Shown here: piece after piece, positions 15,001-28,653 of the stretch
Position numbering within the stretch: the stretch's first letter is position 1
Layout of the letters: the number at the start of each line of letters is the position of its first letter
Source of the DNA: Antedon mediterranea
Taxonomy: Eukaryota > Animalia > Echinodermata
Reading direction: 5' to 3'
Assembly (NCBI RefSeq): GCF_964355755.1
Contig: NC_092671.1
Span: 3,224,001-3,288,000 of the forward strand
Length of the DNA stretch: 64,000 nt
The notes under the pieces: generated by a model
What the model was told of the DNA's origin: nothing
The model's database searches: none
Seen by the model: the letters and a program-made list of their open reading frames with translations, nothing else
Program-made: the position numbers and the translations under genes

Positions 15001-18000
15001 ATGTAGTTCGTCTTCACAAGATGGATGACAATCTGCGTGCCCATCACATATCTGATTGAAATCAATACAAGTCCCATCTATGCATTGGAACGACCCTGGA
15101 TGACAATGACTGTGACAATGTAATTCGTCGTCCCCATTTGGCACGCAATCTTGCTCACCGTTACAGACTTTACTTAAAGGAATACATTTTTTATTAAGGC
15201 ATTGGAATTCATCGAATTGACATTTAGAAAGACAGATATCTTCATCATCACCCGACTCGGGACAATCTCGAATTTTATTGCATACTTTTGATCTTGGAAG
15301 ACAACTACCATCGGCGCATTGATACTGGTCCTCACGACATGTTGGGTTACAATGAAGTTCGTCTTCGTGTCCGCTCGGACAATCTACAGCACCATTACAA
15401 ACGTCATCGTATAGAATACAGGAACCATCAATACACTGGAAATGTCCGGGTTCGCAAATCGGTCGACAATTCTTTTCATCGTCTCCATGGTGACAATGTT
15501 TGACCCCATCACAAACGCGCACTTGTAAAATGCATTCACCCGATGAACATTGGAACTCGTCATCGCGACATGGTCTTAAACAAAACTGTTCGTCTTCTCC
15601 TCCTTTGCAGTCGTTTTTTCCGTCACATACATTAGTTATTGCGATACATGTTCTATTGAGGCATTGGAATTGATCTGGTAAGCAGATAGGATTACAGTTT
15701 AATTCATCTGCTGATGTGAACAGGCAGTCAATAACACCATCACACACTTTATAGTTTATGATACAGACACCTTCAGGACATGAGAATTGATTGTAACTGC
15801 ACCTTGGATTACACAATGCTTCATCCTCCGCACCTACACACGATATATGTCCGTCACAGATTTTCGAATATGGTTGACATGTACCATCGTTACAATGGAA
15901 ATCACTGGAACCACATTTTGAATAGCAATTATGTTCATCATCTGCATCAGGCCAGCAGTCTTTTACCCCATTACACACTTGGTCGTTACTTATACATGTT
16001 CCATTCTTGCACACGTATTGTGTTTCGGTGCATGGCTTTTTGCAATTCCATTCGTCATCTCCAGTGATTGGACAATTTTTGTACCCATTGCATAGTTTGT
16101 ATTTTGAAATGCATGTACCGTCTCTACATAGATATTCCTTACTGTCGCATTGTGGAGAGCAACTTGCTTCGTCTTTACCGGAAGGACAATCTTGGTTCGA
16201 ATCGCACACATGATCGATTGTTATACATGTTTTGTCTTCGCATTGGAACTCATCAGTACGGCAATTAGGAAAACAGTTTAATTCATCTTCTTTAAATAGA
16301 GGGCAGTTAGGATAACCATCACAGATATTCTCATAGTCAACACACGTTCCATCTTTACACTGTAACTGACCGCGTTGACATACCGGATGACAGTTTAATT
16401 CGTCTTCACCAAATAGTTTACAGTCTTTTGTTCCATCGCAAACATTTTTAAATGGAAGACAAAGCCCATCAAAACATTGGAACTGTTCTGTTTTACATGG
16501 CGGAGAGCAGTTTTTCTCATCTTCACCTGCAGGTTGACAGTCAGTGTTACCATCACAGACGCGGTTGTATGAAATGACAGTTCCATCGAAACACTGAAAA
16601 TAATGATGAGGTACAGATGGTATACAGTTTTCTTCATCTTCTCCATCCGGGTAACAATCTACGTGTGAATCGCATACGCTAGAATAAGGTAAACATGACC
16701 AATCACGACAGGAATACTCGGTAAGATGACAGTTATAATCACAATGTTGTTCATCGTCAGAACTTGCACAATCATTATTTCCATCACAGACTTTATGTAT
16801 CCCAATACACGTTCCATCCGCACACTGGAACTCATCAGAAAGACAGATCTTCTTACAGTAACTTTCATCCTCACCTTCAGCACAATCGATCACAAAATCG
16901 CATATTTTCTCATAAGGAACACAGAGACTGGAATTGCACCATAAATCTCCAACAGAACATTTTGTTAGACAGTCTTCTTCGTCGTCACCAAAGCGAGGAC
17001 AGTCTTTATTACCGTCACAAACCATTTCTTTATTAATGCAAGAACCGTCTCGACATGTGTACTTGCCTTTTTGACAAGGCTTATCGCAATGTAGTTCGTC
17101 TTCACCAGTAGGGCAATCTTGGAGACCATCACAAACACGATTTAATGAAAGGCATTCTCTATTACTGCAGATAAATTCGTGATCACACACGGGAAAACAG
17201 TCAGTCTCATCTTCGCCACCATCGCAATCTTTCTTGCCATCACATACGATAGAATCCGGTAAACAAACCCCATATGAACATTGGAATTCTGCAGCCTTAC
17301 AGCCTGGAGTGCAAAACAGCTCGTCTTCATTTGTTGAACAGTCTTTTTCACCATTACATACGTCAGGTAGAGGAATACATAGCCCGTCAAGACATTGATA
17401 TTGATTTGCTTTACAAGGTGGGTGACAATGTGCTTCATCATCTCCTGTTACTGGACAGTCTTTCATTCCATTGCAAATAAGTTCACGATAAATACAAGTA
17501 CCATCAATACACTTGTGTTGGTCAGCATCGCAATTAGATTGGCAATTCGATTCATCAGCGCTGTTCGATGCTCTGGCTTCTTCTAAACAATCTGGTTTAC
17601 CATCGCAAACTAAACTATACGCAATACATTTACCGTTCGGACATTGGAATTCTTTGCATATTGGTCGACAGTTCATTTCGTCTTTTGCATGTGTGCAGTC
17701 TTCTTTGCCGTCACAAACTTTGGAAAAGTGAATGCATTGGCCGTCACTACATTGGAATTGTTGATGTGAGCAATGAGCGTGACAATTCCATTCATCTTCG
17801 CCATGTGGACAATCGTGATTGCTATCGCACAAGAACTCATTTGGAACACATGAATCATCATTACAACGGAAATGGCCATTACTACATTCAGTCTGGCAAT
17901 GTTGTTCATCTTCGGCACCTGGCCAGCAATCTTTCTTACCATCACATATTCTCCAATAGTTAATACAAGTACCGTCAGGACAACGTAGTTCACCGTTAAA

Positions 18001-21000
18001 ACAGTTATGACAGTCGACTTCGTCTTCTTCCCACGTACAATCAGGAATATTGTCGCATTGTTTCGATAAATCAATACATGTTCCATCATTGCATTTAAAT
18101 TCATTGTGTGAACAGCCGCAATTCTTTTCATCTTCACCCCAAGCACAGTCATTTTGACCGTTACACACTTTTGAACTAGAAATGCACGATTCATCTTTGC
18201 ATTCGAATTCGTATTGTGAACACCGACAGTCTATCTCGTCTTCGCCCCAGGAACAGTCGCTATGACCATCACATATTTTGGATTTAGGAATACAGGAGCC
18301 ATCTTTACATTCAAATTCGTGACTGGTACATTCACAATCTTTCTCGTCTTCACCCCAGGAACAGTCGCTATGACCATCACATGTTTTAGATTTAGGAATA
18401 CAGGAGCCATCTTTACATTCAAATTCGTGACTGGTACATTCACAATCTTTCTCGTCTTCACCCCAGGAACAGTCGCTGCGACCATCACATATTTTAGATT
18501 TAGGAATACAAGAGCCATCTTTACATTCAAACTCATGACTGGTACATCCACAATCATTCTCGTCTTCGTCCCAGGAACAGTCGTTGTGACCATCACATCT
18601 TTTAGATTTAGGAATACAGGCGCCATCTTTACATTGGAACTCGTGACTGGTACATTCACAATCTTTCTCGTCTTCGCCCCAGGAACAGTTGCTATGACCA
18701 TCACATATTTTAGATTTAGGAATACAGGAGTCATCTTTACATTCAAACTCGTGGCTGGTACATCCACAATCTTGTTCGTCTTCGCCCCAGGAACAGTCGC
18801 TATGACCATCACATATTTTAGATTTAGGAATACAGGAGCCATCTTTACATTCAAACTCGTGACTGGTACATTCACAATCTTTCTCGTCTTCGTCCCAGGA
18901 ACAGTCGCTATGACCATCACATATTTTAGATTTAGGAATACAGGAGCCATCTTTACATTCGAACTCGTGGCTGGTACATCCACAATCTTGTTCGTCTTCG
19001 CCCCAGGAACAGTCACTATAACCATCACATATTTTAGATTTAGGAATACAGGAGCCATCTTTACATTCAAACTCGTGACTGGTACATCCACAATCTTGTT
19101 CGTCTTCGCCCCAGGAACAGTCGCTATGACCATCACATATTTTAGATTTAGGAATACAGGAGCCATCTTTACATTCAAACTCGTGGCTGGTACACTCACA
19201 ATCTTTCTCATCTTCGTCCCAGGAACAGTCGCTGCGACCATCACATATTTTAGATTTAGGAATACAGGAGCCATCTTTACATTTAAACTCGTGGCTGGTA
19301 CATTCACAATCTTTCTCGTCTTCGCCCCAGGAACAGTCGCTACGACCATCACATATTTTAGATTTAGGAATACAGGAGCCATCTTTACATTCAAACTCAT
19401 GACTGGTACATTCACAATCTTTATCATCTTCGCCCCAGGAGCAGTCGCTATGACCATCACATATTTTAGATTTAGGAATACAGGAGCCATCTTTGCATTC
19501 AAACTCGTGACTGGTACATCCACAATCTTTCTCGTCTTCGCCCCAGGAACAGTCGCTATGACCATCACATATTTTAGATTTAGAAATGCAGGAGCCATCT
19601 TTGCATTCAAACTCGTGGCTGATACATCCACAATCATTCTCGTCTTCGCCCCAGGAACAGTCGCTGCGACCATCACATATTTTAGATTTAGGAATACAGG
19701 AGCCATCTTTACATTCAAACTCGTGGCTGGTACATTCACAATCTTTCTCGTCTTCGCCCCAGGAACAGTCGCTACGACCATCACATATTTTAGATTTAGG
19801 AATACAGGAGCCATCTTTACATTCAAACTCGTGGCTGGCACATCCACAATCTTGTTCGTCTTCGCCCCAGGAACAGTCGCTATGACCATCGCATCTTTTA
19901 GATTTAGGAATACAGGAGCCATCTTTACATTCAAACTCGTGACTGGTACATCCACAATCTTTCTCATCTTCGCCCCATGAGCAGTCGCTATGACCATCAC
20001 ATATTTTAGATTTAGGAATACAGGAGCCATCTTTACATTCATACTCGTGACTGGTACATTCACAATCTTTCTCGTCTTCGTTCCAGGAACAGTCGCTATG
20101 ACCATCGCATCTTTTAGATTTAGGAATACAGGAGCCATCTTTGCATTCAAACTCGTGACTGGTACATCCACAATCTTGTTCGTCTTCACCCCAGGAACAG
20201 TCGCTGCGACCATCACATATTTTAGATTTAGGAATACATGAGCCATCTTTACATTCAAACTCGTGACTGGTACATTCACAATCTTTCTCGTCTTCACCCC
20301 AGGAACAGTCGCTACGACCATCACATATTTTAGATTTAGGAATACAGGAGCCATCTTTACATTCAAACTCGTGGCTGGTACATTCACAATCTGTCTCGTC
20401 TTCACCCCAGGAACAGTCGCTACGCCCATCACATACTTCAGATTTAGGAATACAGGAGCTATCTTTGCATTCAAACTCGTGACTGGTACAACCGCACTCT
20501 AATTCGTCCTCACCCCAGGAACAGTCATCATAACCATTACACACTTTAATTTCTGGAATACAGTTTCCGTTTTTGCATTCAAATTCATAGTTTGTACAGG
20601 CACAGTTCTTTTCATCTTCACCCCATATGCAATCTTTGTAGCCATCACACTGTTTAGATGTTGGGATACAATCATCATTGCTACACCTAAATTCCTTACA
20701 ATCACAGTTTTGCTCGTCTTCCTCGCTGATACAGTCCACAGTCCCATCACACAGCCAACTTTTATCAATACACGCACCTTCCTTGCACCTAAACTGATCT
20801 TTAAGGCAAATATTAGTAGTACACACTTGTTCGTTTTCGTCATCATGTTTAGGACAATCCAAAACACCGTCGCAAAGCCAGAAAGATTCTATACATCTGC
20901 CACCTTCACACAAAAATCTTCCGCCAGGGCATGCCTTTCTGCCCGAGCATTCTTTTTCGCTTTCATCTTCGTGGCCACTGCAATCGGGTATTCCGTCACA

Positions 21001-24000
21001 TGTGAATTCGTAAGGTAAACACACGCCGTCGTTGCATTGAAATGGACACGTGGGTTGATAGCCTCGTTGATGAATACTCCTGCATGTTTCATCGTGTTCA
21101 TCGCCGTGATCATGGCAGTGCGGCACGTTGTCACAAAGGTGGCGCAAGCTCAAACACGTGTTATCATCCGAACATGAAAACCCGGATATTCCATTGTCAA
21201 GACTACATAAATCTGTAAACATAAACAACATACGTTATGCATACAAGTGTAACCTAGTTTAACTAAATGAAAAACCTTACACGTGTAAACATCAATACAG
21301 ATTACACGTGATTTATTATGGAGGGACACCAACCTGACAACACTATTACTTTAAGATACTCAATTAAATGGAGTTTCTTGTAGTAGTTTTATAAATTTTA
21401 GGAAATGTGTGGGTTTCATCTTGCAGTAATGTTATAGTTTATGACTTTCTACATCTTTTATTTACAATAAAGACGACCACATTTTATAATAATGTTATTA
21501 AAGTCAGAAATTGAACATGATGTCAAATCAGTGTTACGTGTCGTGGAGTAGGAATCATACAGTGTATTAAAGAGGCACACGGTATACTTACCCACTCGAT
21601 AGTTTAAAAGAGAAAATAACCCGCCATTAGTACGCTTCGCTGTTACGTTCTGTAAATGAATTGAAATGGATGACCTTTATTCACTGGTTTATATAATTAT
21701 AATAATATCCTGGATTTATAAAGTGCCTAATGTTGTGAAACGTTTAAGCGCTGTACAAGCCACTAAAAAAAAATGATAAACCCAAACCAAAGTTTTTTTT
21801 CATTTGCATTTTAATAAATTAATAGGAAACATTATCCAGTTGTGTAGCGGTCTACATTATTTTTTATGAACAAAACTTGAATTTTATTTGTCTAAATCAT
21901 TTTAATTAAAATTATATAACGCCCTCTATAATAGCAGCCCATACGTTATAACAAGTACGCCCTCTATACCGTCACACAACTAATGTTCTCCCTCTAGCGG
22001 TGTAGGAAGTTTTACCATTTTTTGAAAAAACAAGACTATATTGTGTCTTTCGCTGATATACGTTTACCTAAAATAAAATAAAAAATAATATGCTGAAATG
22101 TATCAGCGACCGGGATTTTATTGAAAACGATTAAAAGAGCAAGGGTAGAAAATATAATCATCTCGGTTTGCAGTTATTGAATTATTCACTTGGTTGTTAT
22201 AATTTAATTTTTGAATCAGGTATTGTACCACATTAGTGTACCAAAATTATAGCCCCTATTTACAAAGATGCTGATAATTACATAGGGATGACTTTACTCA
22301 GTTGTATATGGACATATTTACGGTCATTATTATTTTATGGTGCAAGAATACCAGGGTGAAGAGGAAATTCAGAGATGGTTACTCAACAAATGAAACATAT
22401 ATTCGTACTCCATTCTTTATTAATTATATTTACATAAAAAACTACTACAAGAAAGCGTTTGACCGATCTTTGTGGAGTAACTGAATACCATGTAGTATAA
22501 TGGTAAAGTCATTTAGAAGTCTTGTGTTAAATGCAATGGTTAATTTCTTTCTATGCAAAGTTTTAGTACGACAAAAAAACTTGTCCCCACTTTTATTTGT
22601 TATTTATCTTTAGGTTATAAGTGATTTCAGAAAAGCTAATAAAAGATTTGGAAAAACTGCACACGCGGGTTTATAGAAAACCAACAGGCATAAACTTATT
22701 ACTGCGCTACGATAGTCACGTTGTATACGCAAGTATAAAATGTCCCTCATTTAACTATATAAAATCGGGCATACATGCTATAATCGTCTCATTTTTTAAA
22801 TTATGAATGTGACAATTATTTAAGGAAGATTTAAGCTAGAGCTTGAAAAACCCGGATGAACTACTAACCACCATCATACAGAACTTAAAACCAACATACA
22901 GCAATAACACTACAGAAATTGAAACAGATAAAATTGAAATACCAGTCCAAATAATCATCAAAGAAAAGAAATCTGCAAACTCGGCGAAACAACAACTAAG
23001 CCAACTAAGTAACAATATCAATAAAACATTGTCCCTATATTTACACGTAGAAAAGTTAATAATGTTAATAACATTATTGAAGTTGAAAGAAAACCAACTA
23101 TAATATACATTTGAATGTGTGATGCAAGTTATGTTGGATGTACATGCCGACATCTCTACCAATGCATTACTAGGACGCAAACGATTATTGTACTGCTGAC
23201 GAGAAATGGTTCTCGAAACATGTCACTCAAGAGAGTTCCTTTTTATGTAGCTGAATATGTGGAAACGACCAAATATAAAAAGAAAGGCATTAACATTGAG
23301 GGGGGTGTTACGAAAATGGACGTGGTACTCTAGGGAAAAGCAACTGAGGAGGAGGCGAACAAACTGGTAGTAGGCCTAGGGAATAACAATACTATAACGG
23401 CCCTACTGAAAAAAAACCCAGATCGAGCACCATTGAAGTAAATATGAATTTAATATTTTATTTAAAATACTACGATCATTCATGTTTGTTTTGATGCAGT
23501 TAGGTGAATATGTTGAAACAACAAAATACAGAAGGAAAGTTTAAAACTTGAGGAAGGTTGCACAATAATGGACGTGGTACTATGGGAGCGACTGAGGAAT
23601 TACATTGAAGTATGTATAAATTTTATATATTATTTAATATACTATGATCATGCATATTTGTTTTCCCTTTTATGTAGCTAGGTGAATATGTTAAAACCAC
23701 CAAGTACAAAAGAAAAATCTTAGCACTAAAAAAAATGAATGGACAAGAAATATGCTATGCAAATTAGCTTTGACAGAATTCATACCGAAAGTAATACTAC
23801 AAGGATTATTTTAATGTGTGTAATGTGTGTGTGTTTTAAAGATATATTGTCCCCCTGAAAAATATTTTTTATTTCAAAATTGTTTTTGAATGTGTCATTT
23901 TATTGTCACATAATAGTAGTTATTCACGTTAACCAAACAATTATTTACCTGAAAAAATACTTAAATTGTCTGTCAGAAAATGGTTTTTGGGTTATAATTA

Positions 24001-27000
24001 AACGTTTCTTTTATCTTTTTATACGTGAATAACAATTTTTTTTTGTTTGTTACAGAAGTGAATAACTTTTGTATTTGAAGTAAAATACAAGAATTGTGCA
24101 ATTGAAATTGAAAAATAAAAAATACTGAATCTGTAAAAGATGACGTGCTTATTAAATAATTTAAATCAAAATGATCTAAACAATATTACTTTATTATACT
24201 AAACAGGTTCAATTTCTGTCACTTTAGTTTATTTTATTGCTAAGGTCAAGTCTGGGGGTCACTTCATCAAGCCTAGATGCTTCAAGTGTGAAACAATTGT
24301 ATCCTATTACAAACAAAAACTTTAATATTATATGAACTGTTTTGATAATAATTCAATGATTATCTGACAGCGAATCACAGTATTATTTATCGGTCTAGAT
24401 TGACAGTCAAATGGGACTCATTGTAAATAACAGAAATATTGTTTTGAGTATTTGACAGTGAATTATTATAATACTAGCCTAGGTTGACAGCAAGAACAAA
24501 GTCATTATTTATTGAACAAGATTTTACAGATTACTGTCTACATGCATCTATATAATACTGTATTATCAGCAATTTTTGTCATAGACTCTTCTCCCAGATA
24601 TGCTTTGGGGTTTGTAATTTTAGCATGACCCGTCCTAGTTTACACATTGTCAAAAACATCGGCCTCTAGAACTGCTGCTTGCTTATAGCTTCTGAATGAG
24701 TAGTCCTCTTGGGACGTAGCTGGCAAAAGCAGAAGCGTGAAAAATTCGGTTAACAAGCACGCCCTCTATATCGTCACACAGCAACGTTCACGGCGCGGTC
24801 TGAAATGTAGTAATATATTCTCCAAAAATTGCCTCGCATATTAGCTGTTAAAATTAATATCCAGTATATAAAGATACATAATAATCAGATTTGGTCTGAA
24901 TGGATCACCCTTGTTAAATATTTTTTTGGAGGGAGACCTTCAAATTTTGTACCTTCCTGGGTTTTGCCTCGTTTATTATTTATATTTAAATTTTTATTTT
25001 GTTTACCTTGAAAGAGAGAAAGAAATAAATGTTATGAATGAAAAAAAAATTCTTTATGAGCTGTTTCCTATTTGTGTCATGCTAACTGGTCATAATGTGT
25101 GTCTTTAATATTAGGTCCTTTCTTAAGAGTGCCGCGAGTGGATAGTTTGAATATCATTAACAGTATCAATTTTGAAATTAAAGTCCCAGCAAATGGAATG
25201 TGCATATTATAATCGATATTCACGACCTGATAATAATAATACCATGGATCCAGATCAGACTTATTTTTAGCCCATGTGGGCCACCCATAATTCAAACGGT
25301 ACCGGTACTACTGTACTATTAACTATTCCAGATGTTCCTCTGGAGTGAGCAAGAGTTTGAGACTGAAAACAAATGATAAAAGGACGTTATCTAAATCGTC
25401 AGGAATACTAAATTAAATGGAATGTTAATTAAATTTTCTTCCTTTCGAAATACATGGGAATCCGTTCAGAATCTGAATTCTACTACTCTTAAATATATAG
25501 ATACTAATCCTGTGAGAATTACTGGGAAAGGTAAAGGTGTTTGAATTTGGATGATAAATGGAGTAATTGGTACAAATATGGCTAAAATATTTATCATAAA
25601 TATACATATATTTTTGACTTAATTTTTTATTTTACTGTTTTTGCAAGTTGTAAAGAATTCTGTATGCATGTTTTAACGTTTTAATTTCTATAGGACCATA
25701 TGTAAAACAGGTGATACATCTACACCTGATATGTTTTTATCCTGTATTATTTTGTATAACTGTTGGTATTATCCATATGAATAATTATTCTCATCACTGT
25801 TCGATTTGTTCGATTTTCTTAGAATAAAAATATTAAGCAACACATTACTTTTGTAAAATATAAAGGGAATTGAATTGAATAGTCGGTTGTGTATGTTGCG
25901 ATATTTATTGTTGTAAAGTCTATAAATAAAATTGTTATACAAATGACAATTATATAAATTATTCACAATATTTTTAATTTAAATGAATTATAATAAAAAT
26001 GTTGCACAAAGGACAATCCAAAAAATTATTTGTAAATACTGTCTAAAAATTGAACCCTGGTCAGCACCAGTTTCGGGCGCCCCATACTGTAGGAAAAAAA
26101 TCTCAGTAAGCATTACTGATATTAGATAAAGCTAGATATGTGTCTATCTGTATCAGATTTTGGAAGGGTTAGCGTATATTGTGAAGTGTGGTCTTTTGTG
26201 TGACGCAAAATTAATTAATTTGCATATTTGCCACATGTGGATATGTGTAAAATAGACGAGATATTTGTGAAAGGTGGTTTAGTTTCAGTTGAATTAAAGT
26301 GAACGTTACCAAATACCTCGTGATTCGTATTCATTGGTTAATCATAACACTACGAAGGCCTAGTACAATTACATGTCATAGAATAGAGTTTCAATAACAT
26401 TTATTTCATAATGGTCAATATTAAACATATTTAAAATAGCATTATAATATCATGCTACATATAAATAAATCACAAAATAGCGTAGCGTTAACGAATCTTT
26501 TGTTTAATATCCGACTTGTTGATTTTGTGCATTTTAAGTTAATTCTGCTAAATGCAAGAAATGGGCGAGTTGATTTTAATAATTTTTGGAAACCTCATTT
26601 TACTAAGTTTTATTCGGAATAAACAGTTGCAATTTCGCTCATTATCATTCCTTCATTCCATTTTAAAGAATGTTGGTTCATATTGAATACTCATTGTTTT
26701 ATGGTAGTTGTCTGTCTAACTAAATTCATACATCGCCCCTTTGTATAATACCGTACGTGGCATTTTGTGTAATTAGTCAACGTCACCTGGACCTAGTGAA
26801 AACATAAATTACAATATCCCCGCATGCGCACAATGAAATAACATGACGTATTCCTACGCCACCACAATTACTAAAACAAATTTAATAGTTTAAGGTATTA
26901 ACTAATCGTTTACCATTTGATTTATATTTTATTAAATTTTATTTTAGGGACACATTGGAAATAAATTTGCTTTGTACTTTTTAATAAATAAATAAAATAT

Positions 27001-27325
27001 ATGAGACACAAATCAAATAAATCGATACACAGTAATTTGGTGCCTGCTAACTATTGCGAACTGAGACCAACCCACCACGCTTCGGATTGTCGTTACGCTA
27101 TCGCGCCATATATTTCGTTACGCTGTCGGACCAATATCCACAAAATCATTGCTATTGTTATTCTAGTCACTAAATGATTAATAAAATAAAAATGCTTAGG
27201 CCTACCTTATTGTCTTTCTTATATGAACGTTGTACAAATGCTTGGTTAATGGAAGCGGTCGTTGTTAGTAAAACGATGAAATAGAGCATACACGCCTGGG
27301 CTAGTTTTACCACAGTCCCGTCCAT
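9072..27325 (-). CDS. giant secreted LDL-receptor class A repeat protein (about 100 LDLa modules, about 4000 aa, no EGF/YWTD/TM); exons 27325-27206 (signal peptide), possibly 25362-25303, 21649-21592, 21212-9903, 9520-9072
   Basis: 3778-codon ORF of consecutive C-x-F-x-C-x-G-x-CI...CDG-x-x-DC...DE-x-x-C modules. Acceptor TTTACAG at 21213 and donor GTAAGT at 9902. The last exon adds 4 modules and stops at ...DEKYCPH. The upstream exon encodes MDGTVVKLAQACMLYFIVLLTTTAS (signal peptide). Confidence 0.85.
18223..20490 (-). repeat. coding tandem array, 21 x 108 bp (36-aa LDLa unit [36 protein letters not shown])
   Basis: CCCCAGGAACAGTCGC recurs at a 108-bp period (e.g. 18245, 18353); units are nearly identical even at synonymous sites. 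Confidence 0.95.
21690..21760 (-). mobile_element. LINE2/SINE-type 3' tail remnant
   Basis: Minus strand reads GTACAGCGCTTAAACG...TTAGGCACTTTATAAAT...ATTATTATAATTATA, a stem-loop plus (ATT)n tail of the same type as 37455-37525. Confidence 0.4.
22660..23175 (+). pseudogene. decayed Penelope-like (RT/GIY-YIG) retroelement fragment inside an intron of the giant LDLa gene
   Basis: Frameshifted pieces VYRKPTGINLLLRYDSHV (post-RT helical domain), KKSANSAKQQLSQLS and CDASYVGCTCRHLYQ (GIY-YIG YVGxT) occur in the order expected for Penelope-like elements, with stops and frameshifts. Confidence 0.7.
23235..23735 (+). repeat. three degenerate tandem copies of an exon-like unit (E-Y-V-[EK]-T-T-K-Y-[KR]-[KR]-K)
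   Basis: GAATATGT..AAAC.AC.AA.TA at about 23253, 23506 and 23684, each preceded by a pyrimidine tract and AG. Confidence 0.7.
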
Positions 27326-27382
27326 CTTCCTACGAGACGAATGCCGTAATGCTTCTGTGTAAATTAACACCATGCATGCCGT

Positions 27383-27390
27383 ATGCAAAT
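27383..27390 (-). promoter_or_regulatory. octamer (POU) motif about 60 bp upstream of the giant LDLa gene ATG
   Basis: ATGCAAAT on + (ATTTGCAT on the sense strand); a variant ATTAGCAT lies near 27419. Confidence 0.35.
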
Positions 27391-28097
27391 TAACTACCAC
27401 ACTTGTGACACTCGCGAAATTAGCATATCACGGAATGTTATGAATGAATTGTACCAAGAAAAAATGTCAACAGTATGGGTTGCAAACGCTGTTTGATTAT
27501 TTTCACATTGTTGCTGTTTGTTTCAATTGTTTGTACACAATCAACAACTGACAAGAATGGCTTCAACGTTAGTATGTTTATGTTGTCTATGCTTCATTGA
27601 TATTAACTATACTTAGGTACATATTAAATGCTATAGAGTAAACTAGACGAATATAAAATGGATCACCGTCATTAAAGGCAAAGGTTATTAGTAATGGATT
27701 TCCTCTTTAAAGGTGCATTTTAATTTTAATACTATTTTTATTTCTAATCTATATTATCATCATACTTTTGTATCAACATCAATGTAATACTGGGTACGGT
27801 GACGTCATCATAATCAAAGTTGCTACCAAAATTAAATAACTTTCGTCATCAGACGTCATTACTATGATCGTCCTCGTGATGTCATCGTAATTTATTGTCA
27901 TCATAGTCAACGTTCTTGTTCTTATTAAAATTCAATCACCCTCGTCATTTTCAAAATTAACGTCGCCGTCATTCTCATGATATCATTGTCGTCGTTATCA
28001 TGATGATGATGATGGTGATGATAAAAATATTATGCATTATTATTGTAATCTATCATTACCATCCTCCAACCATGGTTAATTATTAAAATTATACTTA

Positions 28098-28276
28098 TAC
28101 AATAGAACCTCTATTAAAGGGACACCTTCGGAACAAAACAATGTGTTCCTTATATAGAGATATCCCCTGATCGTAGTGTCATAACGCATAACCCATTTTC
28201 CTTCGTTTATTTTAAGGGAAGTGTCTTCTTAATAGTGGTCCCCATTAATAAGGGTGTCAACAAGGAGGAGTTCTAA
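28098..28276. mobile_element. degenerate Tc1/mariner-like MITE (related copies near 2100-2260 and 49310-49450)
   Basis: TACAATAGAACCTCTATTAAAGGGACACC...AATAAGGGTGTC...GAGGAGTTCTA imperfect terminal inverted repeats. Confidence 0.45.
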
Positions 28277-28472
28277 TCCATTTCTTATATAATCTAAATC
28301 GTATAGAGTTTAAACAAGTGTATATTTTTCAATTTTGGTATGCGTAAAGCTTGAAAATAAGTTGAACGACAGGACAATAAGACAGGATACGTACATGATT
28401 GGTAAGCTTTTTATTTAAATTTTAAAAACAGAGAATGAACTGACGCAGCAGTGACAAAACACCCCCACTCAC

Positions 28473-28653
28473 CACCACCCCGACCCACCAATCACCACCC
28501 CGGCCCCACCAATCACTACCCCTCCCCCACCAATCACCACCCCGCCCCCACCAATCACCACCCCGCCCCCACCAATCACCACCCCGCACCCACCAATCAC
28601 CACCCCGCACCCACCAATCACCACCCCCGCACCCACCAATCACCACCCCGCCC
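28473..28653. repeat. GC-rich 21-bp minisatellite (CCCACCAATCACCACCCCGC[AC]) x about 8
   Basis: CCAATCA recurs every 21 bp from 28488 to 28636. Confidence 0.95.

Noticed and set aside
18231-20474. Long alternative-frame and antisense ORFs (747 aa, 572 aa) over the 108-bp array
   Set aside because: By-products of a stop-free repeat unit whose length is divisible by three; no independent coding signal.
9895-21231. Annotation as LRP1/LRP2 (megalin) or SCO-spondin
   Set aside because: No EGF, YWTD propeller, VWD, TSP1, TM or NPxY segments; the protein terminates after the last LDLa module.
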